From NCBI GenBank assembly GCA_965649825.1, contig OZ287696.1, forward strand, positions 1,708,081-1,772,080: a stretch of 64,000 nucleotides of DNA. The letters run 5' to 3'. Position 1 is the stretch's first letter; each line of letters begins with the position of its first letter. The DNA comes from Penicillus capitatus. Lineage: Eukaryota; Plantae; Chlorophyta. The position numbers and the translations under genes were made by a program. Shown here piece after piece: positions 39,764 to 49,756 of the stretch. The notes under the pieces were generated by a model. That model searched no databases, was not told the DNA's origin, and was given only the letters and a program-made list of their open reading frames with translations.

Positions 39764-41116
39764 TCAGTTGTGTCTCCTGGGAGGATTTCTGGATGGAGGA
39801 TCTCCTCCCACGCGCATGATTCTGTCAGGAATGCGATGACCTTGCGGTGTCCTCCAGTACAGTGGACCTCTGTTTTGCGATGGAATGGACTCCAATGACT
39901 CCAGCCAACGCACATACGCAGCGTCAAGATTCCACTGTTTTGCTCCATCGATGATGAGCTTCAGATATCGATTTGTGGGATGCAAGTCGTCCCGAACGTT
40001 CCGATGCTTGGGAGATATGAACACCACAGCTCGAATCTTTCCGCGTCCATCGGATGCGAAGACATCCACCTCGACGGGTCGATACCCGCTTTCCATGTTC
40101 GTCAATCTGGCAAAGTCTCTCAGCGTCAGGCGATGCAAGATGCCATGGACACCATGGATCCCTCTGGCTTCAAAGTAGGAAGCGGCAGACGTAGTCATCC
40201 ACTCGACGTTCCCCATGCCTCCGTGGTGGTTAAAAGAGAGTTTGTACCCTTCGAGCAGTCCAGGAAGGGATTCCAGAGGCGTGATCTTGCGAACAGATAC
40301 CAGCTTCGCGTGATTGACATTCGCCCCGTAGGCAAAATTCCATACGCCTCGAGCATATGATCCCAGACCGAACGGACACTCTCTGACCATCGCCGCCGAA
40401 CTCCCCAGCGTTGCCACATAGCCGGTGTTGATCTCCTTTATCCTTTCGTGGCCTTGGGATCCGACAGGAATCTGATACCTGAACTCGAAGGGCGTTTGAA
40501 AGTCGCGCCGCCGAAGGATCGTGACGTAATCCACAGGCACGGTCATTGGTTTGAATTGCAGAGAGAGTTTTGCAATGGCCTCTTCTGCCCATTGCTGCGT
40601 TGGCCACTGACCCACAGACAAATGGGGAACGAATGACTCTACGCCGCGAGAGGGATCCCTGTTCAAATGATGGCATTCCGGAAACGCCTTGACCAGAGCA
40701 TCCTGCAGTGCTTCGAGCATCTCAGACTCGGGTTCAAGCAACACGGTGCACGTGTTGCCGTGGTTAAAGAAGCGAAACTGTTTGAAGGAGATGGAGAACG
40801 GAGGGAATTCTGCCAGACACTGACGTATGCGCTCGGCGGCGTTCTGAAAGTTCTCTCCCGTGTCCTGCCAGAAGGGGTAGAGGAGATTGACGTGGGGCGG
40901 CCAGCGGACGAATTGCGTGTCATTGAAACACCGGATTTCTTGAATAGGGCGATCCCAGAAGGGACGAGGCGGCACGAAACAGAGCGCACTCTTGTAGACC
41001 AGCCCGGGAGAAGCCATGCGGACCGCCGACGGTTCGACTCGGAAGAATCGTCTCGTGCAGATATGGACGCGGGGAACGACATGGTGGATTCGACGTCCGA
41101 GAAATAACGGTGTCAT
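39764..41116 (-). CDS. Intronless fusion of a 2H phosphoesterase (LENG9/2'-5' ligase-like) and a gamma-glutamylcyclotransferase-like domain (alternative start 41017)
   Basis: KSALCFVPP...RWPPHVNLLYPF and FVPHLSVGQ (two 2H His motifs), then WNFAYGANVN...LSFN..G...VHGILH..LTNMESGY (GGCT fold) in one uninterrupted frame. Confidence 0.82.
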   Translation of the reverse strand: MTPLFLGRRIHHVVPRVHICTRRFFRVEPSAVRMASPGLVYKSALCFVPPRPFWDRPIQEIRCFNDTQFVRWPPHVNLLYPFWQDTGENFQNAAERIRQCLAEFPPFSISFKQFRFFNHGNTCTVLLEPESEMLEALQDALVKAFPECHHLNRDPSRGVESFVPHLSVGQWPTQQWAEEAIAKLSLQFKPMTVPVDYVTILRRRDFQTPFEFRYQIPVGSQGHERIKEINTGYVATLGSSAAMVRECPFGLGSYARGVWNFAYGANVNHAKLVSVRKITPLESLPGLLEGYKLSFNHHGGMGNVEWMTTSAASYFEARGIHGVHGILHRLTLRDFARLTNMESGYRPVEVDVFASDGRGKIRAVVFISPKHRNVRDDLHPTNRYLKLIIDGAKQWNLDAAYVRWLESLESIPSQNRGPLYWRTPQGHRIPDRIMRVGGDPPSRNPPRRHN

Positions 41117-42457
41117 TTGCAGAGCGGCTTGATGATATCCCACTGTCTGCTGCCCATCTGCACTCTGACTCCTCCTCACCCTCACTTGAGGTCTGTCAAG
41201 GCAAGACGCGTGGACAGGGTCCTGGTCTGTGAGGAGGATCGAGGAGAAGGTGCGGCAGGCGACATGCAGGAGTCAGACACATGTGCACCTCCTGACATTC
41301 CTCGCGACCTAGGGAGCTGTCCGCGATCAGAGCGACTATTTCTCCAGACGATCCCGATAACTGTTGAACGTTCAGGTGGAAGCAAATCCCGTCTCTCATG
41401 TGCTCGGCGCCTGCATCGTATGCAAAAGAGTGTCTTCCAACCGATCGGGATCAAAGACAGGCAAGAAGCAAGGATGGGGAGGTCGACTCAACAGCGCACG
41501 ATGTCGGCAACACAATCGCCTGCATTTTGCGTCTTACGAACCAAAAGTGGAGGGAAATGCTAGTGTGTGGTCCCCCGTGTAGAATCTAACCGATCAGCCA
41601 ATCCATCAAACCAAAAGTAGAAACTTTGAATGATCTGTCACTCTTTTTCTCACTCACCCATCACACGTGCGTATCAAACAAAATAGCGTGCGAGAAACTG
41701 GAGCGAAGATGCTTTGATCATTGCGACATCATAAGAAGACATCGTGTAACAGTTCCATGCATGTCGTCGGATCAGCAAAGAAGCCTTCCACGTGTCGCGA
41801 ACAGAAGAAAAGAGACAGTGCTTCGACGAAGGGGCAGACCACATGTTCAGATCTCGTCTCCAGTTCCTGATTCTTTATCCACTTTCTGTCAGTGTCGACT
41901 CCATTCGTGTGTCAAGACCGACCTTCAGAGGTGCCACAGATTGCCGTAGAAGTACGGTCGCAGCTGTCGCCGAACAATGTCTCGACAGCCGACTTCGCAA
42001 AGCATCCATCCTCGTTCGCCCTTCCGTAAACGTCGAGTTATCTTCGTACACGTGTGTTTCAGTTATACTAGCCTCCTCGCGCTTCCAGAACAAAGAGTGT
42101 CGCTTCCACTCAGATTTAGATGCTCATTAACTGCAAAGGAGATGCCATCTGCTACCCTTCGGAAGACGCATCGACATTCTGCCCTTATTCAGCGACAACC
42201 GACACATTCTCAAAGGACGTTGTCACATAGAGCGCTCGTTCCGTACTTGACGACGTCGATGGATCGATGCAGCAAGTCGTCTTTCTCGTGCCGCGCCCCG
42301 CATATTCAAGAAGCATAACGCTAATCGTCCGAAGCATGTCCGAATATTCTCTTAGCTTATGCTCACGGATCAACGAGTCGGGCATGTTCCTTTTGAACTT
42401 TTTAACTGACGTCCAAGTTTTTGCCTCCCACCGAGCGTGTTGAGAGTTTGTGCATCC

Positions 42458-42856
42458 ATGACGAGTGAGAGAGTTTCCCTTGGATACCAGGAAATCATGT
42501 TTGCGACGATTTGGGGCGCATCTGGCATACTATTCGTCGTTTCCCTGGTGACATCGGTTGCGATATACTCGTTGACGGCGAAAGAAATCTGTCCGACTGA
42601 CGCCGTGACTGTCTGCTACGAGGATACCCGGCGATGTCCCGTGGAAACGAACTGCTTCTGTCCTGCACCCTATCCGGGTTACAATCAAGAGGTCAATCTC
42701 GACGACTGGCGCTTTTGTCGCAGCTCAGATTTTCATTTACCACACACTGCAGAGGTTTGCTACTGGACCACACGAGTCCTGACGTTCATTGCCCTCATAA
42801 CGCTGTTTATGCTGTTTGTTTATGGCCGGTTTGTGCAGTTTACATATAATGTCTGA
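42458..42856 (+). CDS. 132-aa intronless two-TM protein with a 7-Cys loop, paralog 2
   Basis: Aligns ungapped with 30605-31003 (WGASG.LFVVSLVTSVAI, DFH..HTAE.CYWTTR.LTF). Confidence 0.8.
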   Translation: MTSERVSLGYQEIMFATIWGASGILFVVSLVTSVAIYSLTAKEICPTDAVTVCYEDTRRCPVETNCFCPAPYPGYNQEVNLDDWRFCRSSDFHLPHTAEVCYWTTRVLTFIALITLFMLFVYGRFVQFTYNV

Positions 42857-43268
42857 AGTGGCTCTGTCGAACAACAAAAGAAGAACAACTGGAAGAACTG
42901 CTCAAATTGCTCTGCAACGGCAACGATATTGTTTTTTGTTTCATATGCATCGCTCCTCTTTGGTCAATTCATTTAGCGAATCTTTGTGGTGATGGCTGTA
43001 ATTATGACGTTGCTTAGTACACCCTTTTTACCCTTCCTGCTCTGGATGCATCATGGTCGAGAACTCAACCAGAACAATTTGCATACTGGCCTCAATTCCT
43101 CGCGAAACATAAAATGTGTGTGCTTCAAGAATCCAACGATAATGGGAAGGATGGGCCTGCTTTTTGTAAATCGTTGTCTACTGTACAGATCCGGCAGCAA
43201 ACGAACCAACGCGTCGTACAAGAGACGATCGGCGGCGCCACGCGTTTGGGCATTCCTTGAGCCACAAG

Positions 43269-43816
43269 ATGTCGAAGCCATACGAAAAGGAGGGCTACGA
43301 AGAGGCAGCTCCCGTCCAAACACGCCGTATTCGTATCACGCTAACGTCGAAGGACGTCAAGAATCTTGAGAAAGGTAGGGGCCTGAAGACCTATTGTTAC
43401 AAGTCGACCACGTCGTCTGTAAACACCCAGTGTGCTCGGAGTTGATCGCGGGAGCCAAGAACAAGGACTTGCGCGTCAAGGGACCCGTTCGGATTCCGAC
43501 CAAGACGTTGCGCATCACCACAAGGAAGTCTCCCTGCGGAGAGGGCACCAACACATGGGATCGATTCGAAATGAGGTAGATCTGTTGGAACGGACACGTG
43601 TCCATTCGAAGCAAAGAGCGGGGAAGCGACTGAGAGGCTTTGTTGTCTGCAAGGATCCACAAAAGACTGATCGATCTGCATGCATCCGTGGACGTTGTTA
43701 AGCAGATTACATCCATTTCGTAAGCAACAGATCTCTGTCGGATGCTTCGTGGACGTTTTGTTGTCTGCAGAATCGAGCCAGGCGTCGAAGTGGAAGTGAC
43801 GATTGCAGATGTCTGA
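43269..43816 (+). CDS. RPS20: 40S ribosomal protein S20 (uS10), 4 exons
   Basis: [49 protein letters not shown]|IHKRLIDL and [13 protein letters not shown]. Confidence 0.97.
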
Positions 43817-43862
43817 GATGAAACGGACGGGACAGTCGGAGTTGGTTGATTGTTAGACCCTC

Positions 43863-43867
43863 TGTAA
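43863..43867 (+). promoter_or_regulatory. TGTAA chlorophyte-type polyadenylation signal candidate for RPS20
   Basis: Lies 46 nt after the RPS20 stop. TGTAA is the established near-upstream poly(A) element of chlorophytes, and similar motifs follow the CUL4 and mL59 stops. Confidence 0.5.
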
Positions 43868-43873
43868 TCTCTC

Positions 43874-44756
43874 TCAGAGATAGCCCAGTTCCCGTAGCTT
43901 GTCGAAAGCCAAGTAACACGTCACAGTCGTCGGAGGGAGTACCTGATCGGATAGTAACGTAACCTTGAGTGTGTCCAAATCCATTCGGCGGATCTAGGCA
44001 GGCAGACAGACAGTATATGTATCTCGATTTGCTCGATCGACCAGACGCGCCTGGATGTATTCTTCTCGATCGCGTTGTGGAGGGGCGGCAGCGACCTACA
44101 CGGAGTCTGTCAGTTTTCGGGCAGGAACCGCGTGAAATGCACTCTGGGGTCGACGACGAGAAACGGAGTGAACCTGTTGGCACACCATTTGACCTCTGGA
44201 ATGCCAGGATGATCGGGAGGTATGAGGCACACGAATTTTCCCCCTTCCAGACGAGCCTACTGCAAAACATGCGCCGATAGAGGTACAGATCCGTCAGAGG
44301 CGTCGGAGGGGGCACCTCTTCCGCGAGCTCCTGTGCAGCACAGTCTTCCACAGATCTGTGCTTACTCGGATCGTAGCCGCCCGTAGGCAGACAGTACACC
44401 ATGTCATGCGGCCCTTGAGCATACTCACGAAGCAGCGTCACCTGAAGCATCCCATTCTCAAACCATTTACCCTAGCGGCGCAAACGGATCCGCATTACCT
44501 TTCCTCCTCTTCCATTCTCGTCTGGATGAAAAGGAAAGATCACACAGAAACGTGAATGCCGGCTGGATACGACATCATAGGAGTGAACGGACCCCTGGAA
44601 CACGGATGACATGAATCCTTGTTCTTTGGAGCTGGAGAGCGTATCAACGGGTCCTGTATCCGTGGGAGGGTGTTTCACTCGGCTGTCATATACGGTCAAG
44701 TAACGCCTGTACGCCACTTCCTCGGAAAGACGGCAAAAACCTTCTTCCTCCGCCAT
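43874..44756 (-). CDS. Nudix hydrolase, multi-exon
   Basis: VTLLREYAQG..YCLPTGG.....EDCAAQELAEE Nudix box; HPGIPEVKWCANRFTPFL; C-terminus TCYLAFDKLRELGYL*. Confidence 0.85.
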
Positions 44757-44939
44757 GACTGTCTAATACACATCATAAGCATAGGCTGTCTTCTGCTGCG
44801 CGTCATAGCATACCGTTTCTCTGGCGTCTCTCCTTCGACGTGCCAATGGATGCCGAAACGAGAGACGTTGGCCTTTCAGACGCGCAAAAGAGTGAGGTTT
44901 TCGGCAATGCCTCAATCTGCTTAACTGCACGGAGAAGTC

Positions 44940-45622
44940 ATGCCTCCATATGTGCGATCGCGTGCGGAGCATGAGAAGATGGCGGAGATCCGTTAGATGT
45001 CTTCCGGTATTCATCGACGACGCCATGCATCCAGGTCAAGACATGAAGTCGCTGCTCTACGGCTGCGAAGATGATCAAGTTCACCTGCAGACATGGACGG
45101 GCGGCAAAAAACGTCCGCCGTCTTACGCCGACGTCTATTCGTGGACGCGACGAAGAGTCGCGTTCTGCAGGACTCGTGGCCGGATCGACCGATGTGCCGT
45201 TTGCGACGACGGAACAAGATCCCAAGAGAGTCTTCTCGAGTGCATACGTGAAGAAAGACAGAAAACTGCATGTGCACGAGAAAGTGAAGATCGAGAGCAT
45301 CCCTATCTCGATGGCGCGAGGATTCTAGATCGGGACGTCGCGCGTGTTCGATCCGGAGATCTATTCGACAAACTACGAACGCGGTTTGAGCAACCGCAAA
45401 AGCAGCAGCTTGCGCAATTTCGAGGGAAACGGCGACATCTTGGCGCATCCTGTCTGCTCGGCTGCCGAAAAGAGCAGCGTCCGAGACAAGGTGCCAGAAA
45501 AGGACGCTTGGGAAGCATCGGCCGAGTCAGATGTGCGTCCTCACGGACAAGAAGAGACGAGTGATCGCGAACTGAGCCCTGCGCCGGAGGTTTTACTGGA
45601 TGCATCTGAATCTGCAATGTAA
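44940..45622 (+). CDS. Possible hypothetical spliced gene; reading frame unresolved
   Basis: ATG at 44940 and a plausible GTTAGA..CCAG intron; two long overlapping frames (44950-45564 and 45071-45622). No recognisable motif. Confidence 0.3.
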
Positions 45623-46187
45623 AAAACGCGACAGTTCACGCGGTTGGGCACGGCGAAGTTCTTTTGTAAGAAGAACGGTGCCGATCAAATACATACTTGC
45701 TCTTCTCGTGATTTGCGTTCGAACACCGGTCTCAGATGACATGCAAAGCAGCGGCTTTACGGAAAGCGGGGGAGTTTGTGCCGGAGTCGCTTCGGGAAAG
45801 AGAAGTCGGTCGGCATCACGATAGATTTAGTGCGCTGTCATACACGCAGACGCTTGCGTTTTATCTCGAGAGGTGTTGTCTGTCGAGCAATTCTCTGGCA
45901 ATGCACCGACGACGGTACAGATGTCGAAGATTCCAGCCCGGACGTCGGTCCACGATCTGCGCGAAAAACTCTCGCCTTCATCACTCTCCATCCCATTGAT
46001 AAGCTTTTGTTCTTCTTCGGTCGTCTCCTAAATGCTAAAACGAATCTCCTGATCGCCTGAATCTCGCGAATAGTGAATGCTCAGCGAACCAATGGCGCCA
46101 CTCGGCCAGGAAAGAGTTTACATCTCGATTGCTGTCCGCGCAATGCTTGACTGTTCTAGCCTGAAACGCTTGTGGCAAAGAGGCTGC

Positions 46188-46286
46188 TGTGAACTGACTG
46201 CGAAGAGACATATATAGATAGGAATGATGTCTCCGTTTGTGACCATTTTTGTAACTCCTGATCTTCCTCGTACCTCGTTAACGACA
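46188..46286. mobile_element. 99-bp solo-LTR-like insert
   Basis: Absent from copy 1; TGTG...GACA termini; 4-bp TSD CTGC (46184-46187 and 46287-46290). Confidence 0.75.
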
Positions 46287-46589
46287 CTGCCAAACATGGC
46301 ACCCACGCTTCCGCTCAACATCCAGAGGCCAAAGGCACGGCCCCTGCATCTGCTGTGTAATAGTCTGCAATAACGCTCGGTGAATTCGGAATGACAAGCG
46401 AGAAGCCGAGTCTGTTCATGCCCAGACGATGGCTCCCATCATAAATGGGTTTGGAGCCTATTGCGAAATCCCGACAACCACGTTATCGTTGCCCAAATAA
46501 GGCAACCCGTCATAATCACGCGGATGCGATTTGTCATGCTTCCTAGATGGAATGCGACCTCTTTAAGAACAGCAGCAAGTAGGAGACAC

Positions 46590-46961
46590 TGTCATGGCGA
46601 TGAAGGGCAGAAGGGGAGTAGTTCAAGAACGCCTCGTCATCACAAGAGGCATGATGGTCAGCAGTCATTAATGGTCACGGCAAGTCAAAACCTACTATTG
46701 TAACATCAAAACCCTAACCCTATGAGAGGAAGGTTCACGAAACGTCGAGGTAAGGCGACAAACACTGAATGGGTTACAAACGAGGCAGAGTTTCTACAGC
46801 GGACGTGTTTAAGTATCCCGGTGTTGATGCGACCCGGAGGGGGATAGCAGTCCAAGGAGTACAACAGCGAAGCTAACAGCTGTCCCCTACGATACGAAAC
46901 CTCAAACATCTTTGTAAGAGACTTTGTTGCGTTTTCTATTGTCACGTACTTACCCGTATCA
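46590..46961. mobile_element. 372-bp solo-LTR-like insert
   Basis: Absent from copy 1; TG...CA termini with 4-bp TSD ACAC (can also be parsed as a 5-bp ACACT duplication). Confidence 0.75.
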
Positions 46962-47454
46962 ACACTCACCTAGCACTCTTCCGACCGGAGACGTCAGCGC
47001 CTGAGTAAGGCCGCGGCAGACGGTGATGGCTCCCATCTCGCTTGGAGAGGCGTGGAAGTCTTTCGAGATGTACTTACACATCGCAGGAAGCAAGGACTCA
47101 TCGGCCCTTTCGAAGATGCCTGTCAGGTTGATGACGAACGCGCTCCTCGTGCGTATTTGCAAAAACGTCAGAGCCATGAACGGACTTCAAGAGTAAGTAG
47201 GTAGGCAGATATGGAGCATGAGCGTTTGCAGCCGCGCCTCTGTTTGATGAGAGTCGCCGTACAGATGTGACTCTTTCGGGCGAACGACTATCGGACTTGA
47301 CACGAACTGTACTGAATTGATAATCAATAAGTGGCAAACAAACGTGCGAGATTCTTCGAATAGTCGCAATGCGTGTTTGGTTGGTCGCAGTGGGCAGATT
47401 GAGCTGCTTCTCTTTCGTCCCTGCGACGCGTGAGAAACGTAAAAACACAGTCGG

Positions 47455-47689
47455 TGTCGCGCAGAGGCGCCGAACGAAAACGATAACAGCGGAAGACTTA
47501 CAAGTAATCGGAGCAAGGCGTTCAGAGGTTCAGATTGCGCATTAAGTACCCGCATGATGACGCGACTAGACGAGGCAGGTGAATCACCCTAGCTCAGAGC
47601 CAGAGAAAATGGCCTCGGGTGATTCAACCAGCAACCCCCCAGGACGTGGCCCCCTCAGAAACTAGGCAGGGTCACATCGCTCGGCGACA
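47455..47689. mobile_element. 235-bp solo-LTR-like insert
   Basis: Absent from copy 1; perfect TGTCGC...GCGACA inverted termini; 5-bp TSD GTCGG. Confidence 0.85.
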
Positions 47690-47789
47690 GTCGGCATTCA
47701 GTCGGAGTGTTCCGGTTCAACCACCAACTGTAGCGGGACTGTCTAAGGAGTGAACTAACCGACGTCGAAGCTGCGAGGATCGTCGGATC

Positions 47790-48945
47790 CCTCCAAACTC
47801 TCCTGCCACATCGGAGATGACGCACATTCTCTTTGTCATATCGAACAAAACCAGTGCTGTCAACTGCTCAACGTGGATCCACAAGTGATCGATCAATAAA
47901 GAAACTCTCTTGCACTGCAAATCTTGATCGACACAGTCGGTACAGAATCAGACGAACGGATGCGGGAGGTGAGTCTTTAGACCGCACTGGCACAACCATT
48001 ACCACCGTTGCAGATCCAATAACCACCGAGTCGCCGCCGAGCCACCGAGAGCGACTGTTGGATGACTTTCTCGCGGCATCCTCATACCCGTGGCGATGTT
48101 CATGAAACATAACCAAAAGTTCGCATCTGCGAGGACGGAAAGCTGGCAAGCCCTAACCACATGGTATCTAAAGACGCATTCTTTCGCGAATATCTCGTGT
48201 TGTTGTTGCGCTGCGTTCGGGAGCGTTTTGCGCCGCTGTGCGCGTTGTTTTTGACGGAGTTTTCTCGCGTTGTTGCGAAGATTCCCGACACGAAGACGCT
48301 AGCCAAAGCCTTCCGTGGCATTAAACAAGCCTGCAACAAAGTGAACAGGGACCTCCAACTGCACCGTCTAAATACCCTGCAAACCCTTAGTCGAGTTGTT
48401 AAGCTCATTTCCTCCTTTCTGCAGGCACCGAGCTTATCTATAGTGATCCGATAACACAAGCACACACACGAAGTTCGGCTAGATGTCCCCACAAGGAAGC
48501 TGTTCACCTTAATCCCTGTTTCTCGCTGTATCGACACGGCGACCGGAACACGTGTGAAGATCATTCAGAAACTGTTTATTATACGCGGACGATCGCAAAC
48601 CCAATCGAAGGTTGGACCGAAGAAATGAAGGAAAACTAGAGTCGGATAGAGCACTTATGAGAATAGAGAAATAGGCACCCAGATGGAGATAACCCTCAAT
48701 TCATCTAAGACTTCTGCGATGCGTTTCAGAGTCTCATAAAGGTCGATTTAATGACGTTGCATCTTCTAGGACGACTTTCCGAACAACAGACCGTTCGTTG
48801 TTTAAGCTTTCAACGTTACAAGAAACTCATCTCGACAACATTACAACACAAAAAAGCTGCACCAGGAGATTATCTCAGATCAAACGAATCGGCTCCGAGA
48901 GCTGGGCTCGTTTCTAATCGTCGCCAGACCGATTGTTTGTCAAGC
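47790..48945 (+). mobile_element. Second copy of the degenerate LINE RT relic
   Basis: Colinear with 17750-18900; retains TTA TAC GCG GAC GAT (LYADD). Confidence 0.83.
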
Positions 48946-48949
48946 AATG

Positions 48950-49114
48950 TGTCATTGCGTAAGCTTATTCTTACAAAGAAAGAAAGACAATCCGTTCTTT
49001 TGCTTGCGCCCCTCCTTAAATACCTCCTGATCAGGAGGGGCGACTAATACGCCATTTGATCTGATGACTCAAATGGAATGATCAGTAATCTTAGTATTTC
49101 TGTAGGAGCCCACA
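48950..49114. mobile_element. 165-bp solo-LTR-like insert
   Basis: Absent from copy 1; TGTCA...CCACA termini; 5-bp TSD CAATG. Confidence 0.8.
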
Positions 49115-49674
49115 CAATGATTAAGCCTTAATACACGGACACGCGACTTGGATTGGGATTCGAAGACATACAAACGAGAAGATGAAACCTGTTATACAGA
49201 TGTATCAGGAAGAAAGTCTACTTATTAGTGAACAGCTTCTTACAACGTCCATCGTCTTATCTCTAGTCCCGGCGGGCCTAGATCTTTTAGAACTAAATAT
49301 GCGGTACTGGCAATGCGAAGGTCCACGTACGTCCCGTTGATGGCTCGAGCTTTCCACAGCTTCTAGAACATCTCGCTACTCCTCCCCGCTCTAAGCAAGG
49401 ACTCGACTTTGACAAATCGTTTATGTACGGCGCCGATGGTTCGTCCGTTGAAGCGTTCGACGGCTTTGATGCACTGATAAGATCAACATGGGGGTGACTG
49501 TATATACACACAGCACTATCCACATTCTGTTTTTTGTTTCCTTGTGAGGTACCTTTGCTGCCATCACTGTTCGCGTCTCTTTGTCGTCAGGGGAGTGCGC
49601 GAGACAAGGCTGAACACGAACAGGAAACTCCGGACTCTCGGCGGATCACAACCCGAGTCGCAGAGTTCCTTCTA

Positions 49675-49756
49675 ATGTAAGTCGTGGCATGGCGCTCTTT
49701 TTTGGAGGGCATCATGGCAAAGGTCGTCGAATTTTATCTAGATTTCTCAACGCGCT
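49675..49756 (+). pseudogene. MBOAT pseudogene 5' stub
   Basis: Copy of 19475-19556 with ATG GAA changed to ATG TAA; homology stops abruptly at the LINE-A junction. Confidence 0.85.

Larger units (their letters stand above)
45930..47177 (-). pseudogene. MFS transporter pseudogene (copy of 15909-17387, 3'-truncated, frameshifted, two insertions)
   Basis: Exon 1 MALTFLQIRTRSAF.. is nearly identical; there is a 1-nt indel near TTCA(G)TGCCC, an insert at 46188-46286 in coding sequence and one at 46590-46961 in the intron. Confidence 0.9.
45930..49756 (+). repeat. Segmental duplication, copy 2 (decayed)
   Basis: Direct-orientation copy of about 16613-19556, with substitutions, small indels and four TG..CA insertions. 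Confidence 0.92.

Noticed and set aside
41020-41045. GGTTCGACTC and similar T-loop-like motifs as tRNA genes; CRISPR-like arrays
   Set aside because: No T-stem or cloverleaf pairing around them, and I saw no regularly spaced repeat-spacer array anywhere in the window.
41620-42385. Possible minus-strand hypothetical gene
   Set aside because: The ORFs look coding-like, but phases could not be reconciled and no motif was recognised.
45071-45622. Apparent TAG readthrough joining two in-frame ORFs
   Set aside because: The TAG is more simply the acceptor of a 45-nt GTGAAG..TTCTAG intron, or the frame is not the coding one.
46710-46721. Telomere-like AACCCTAACCCT
   Set aside because: Only two units, inside a solo-LTR-like insert; compatible with chance.
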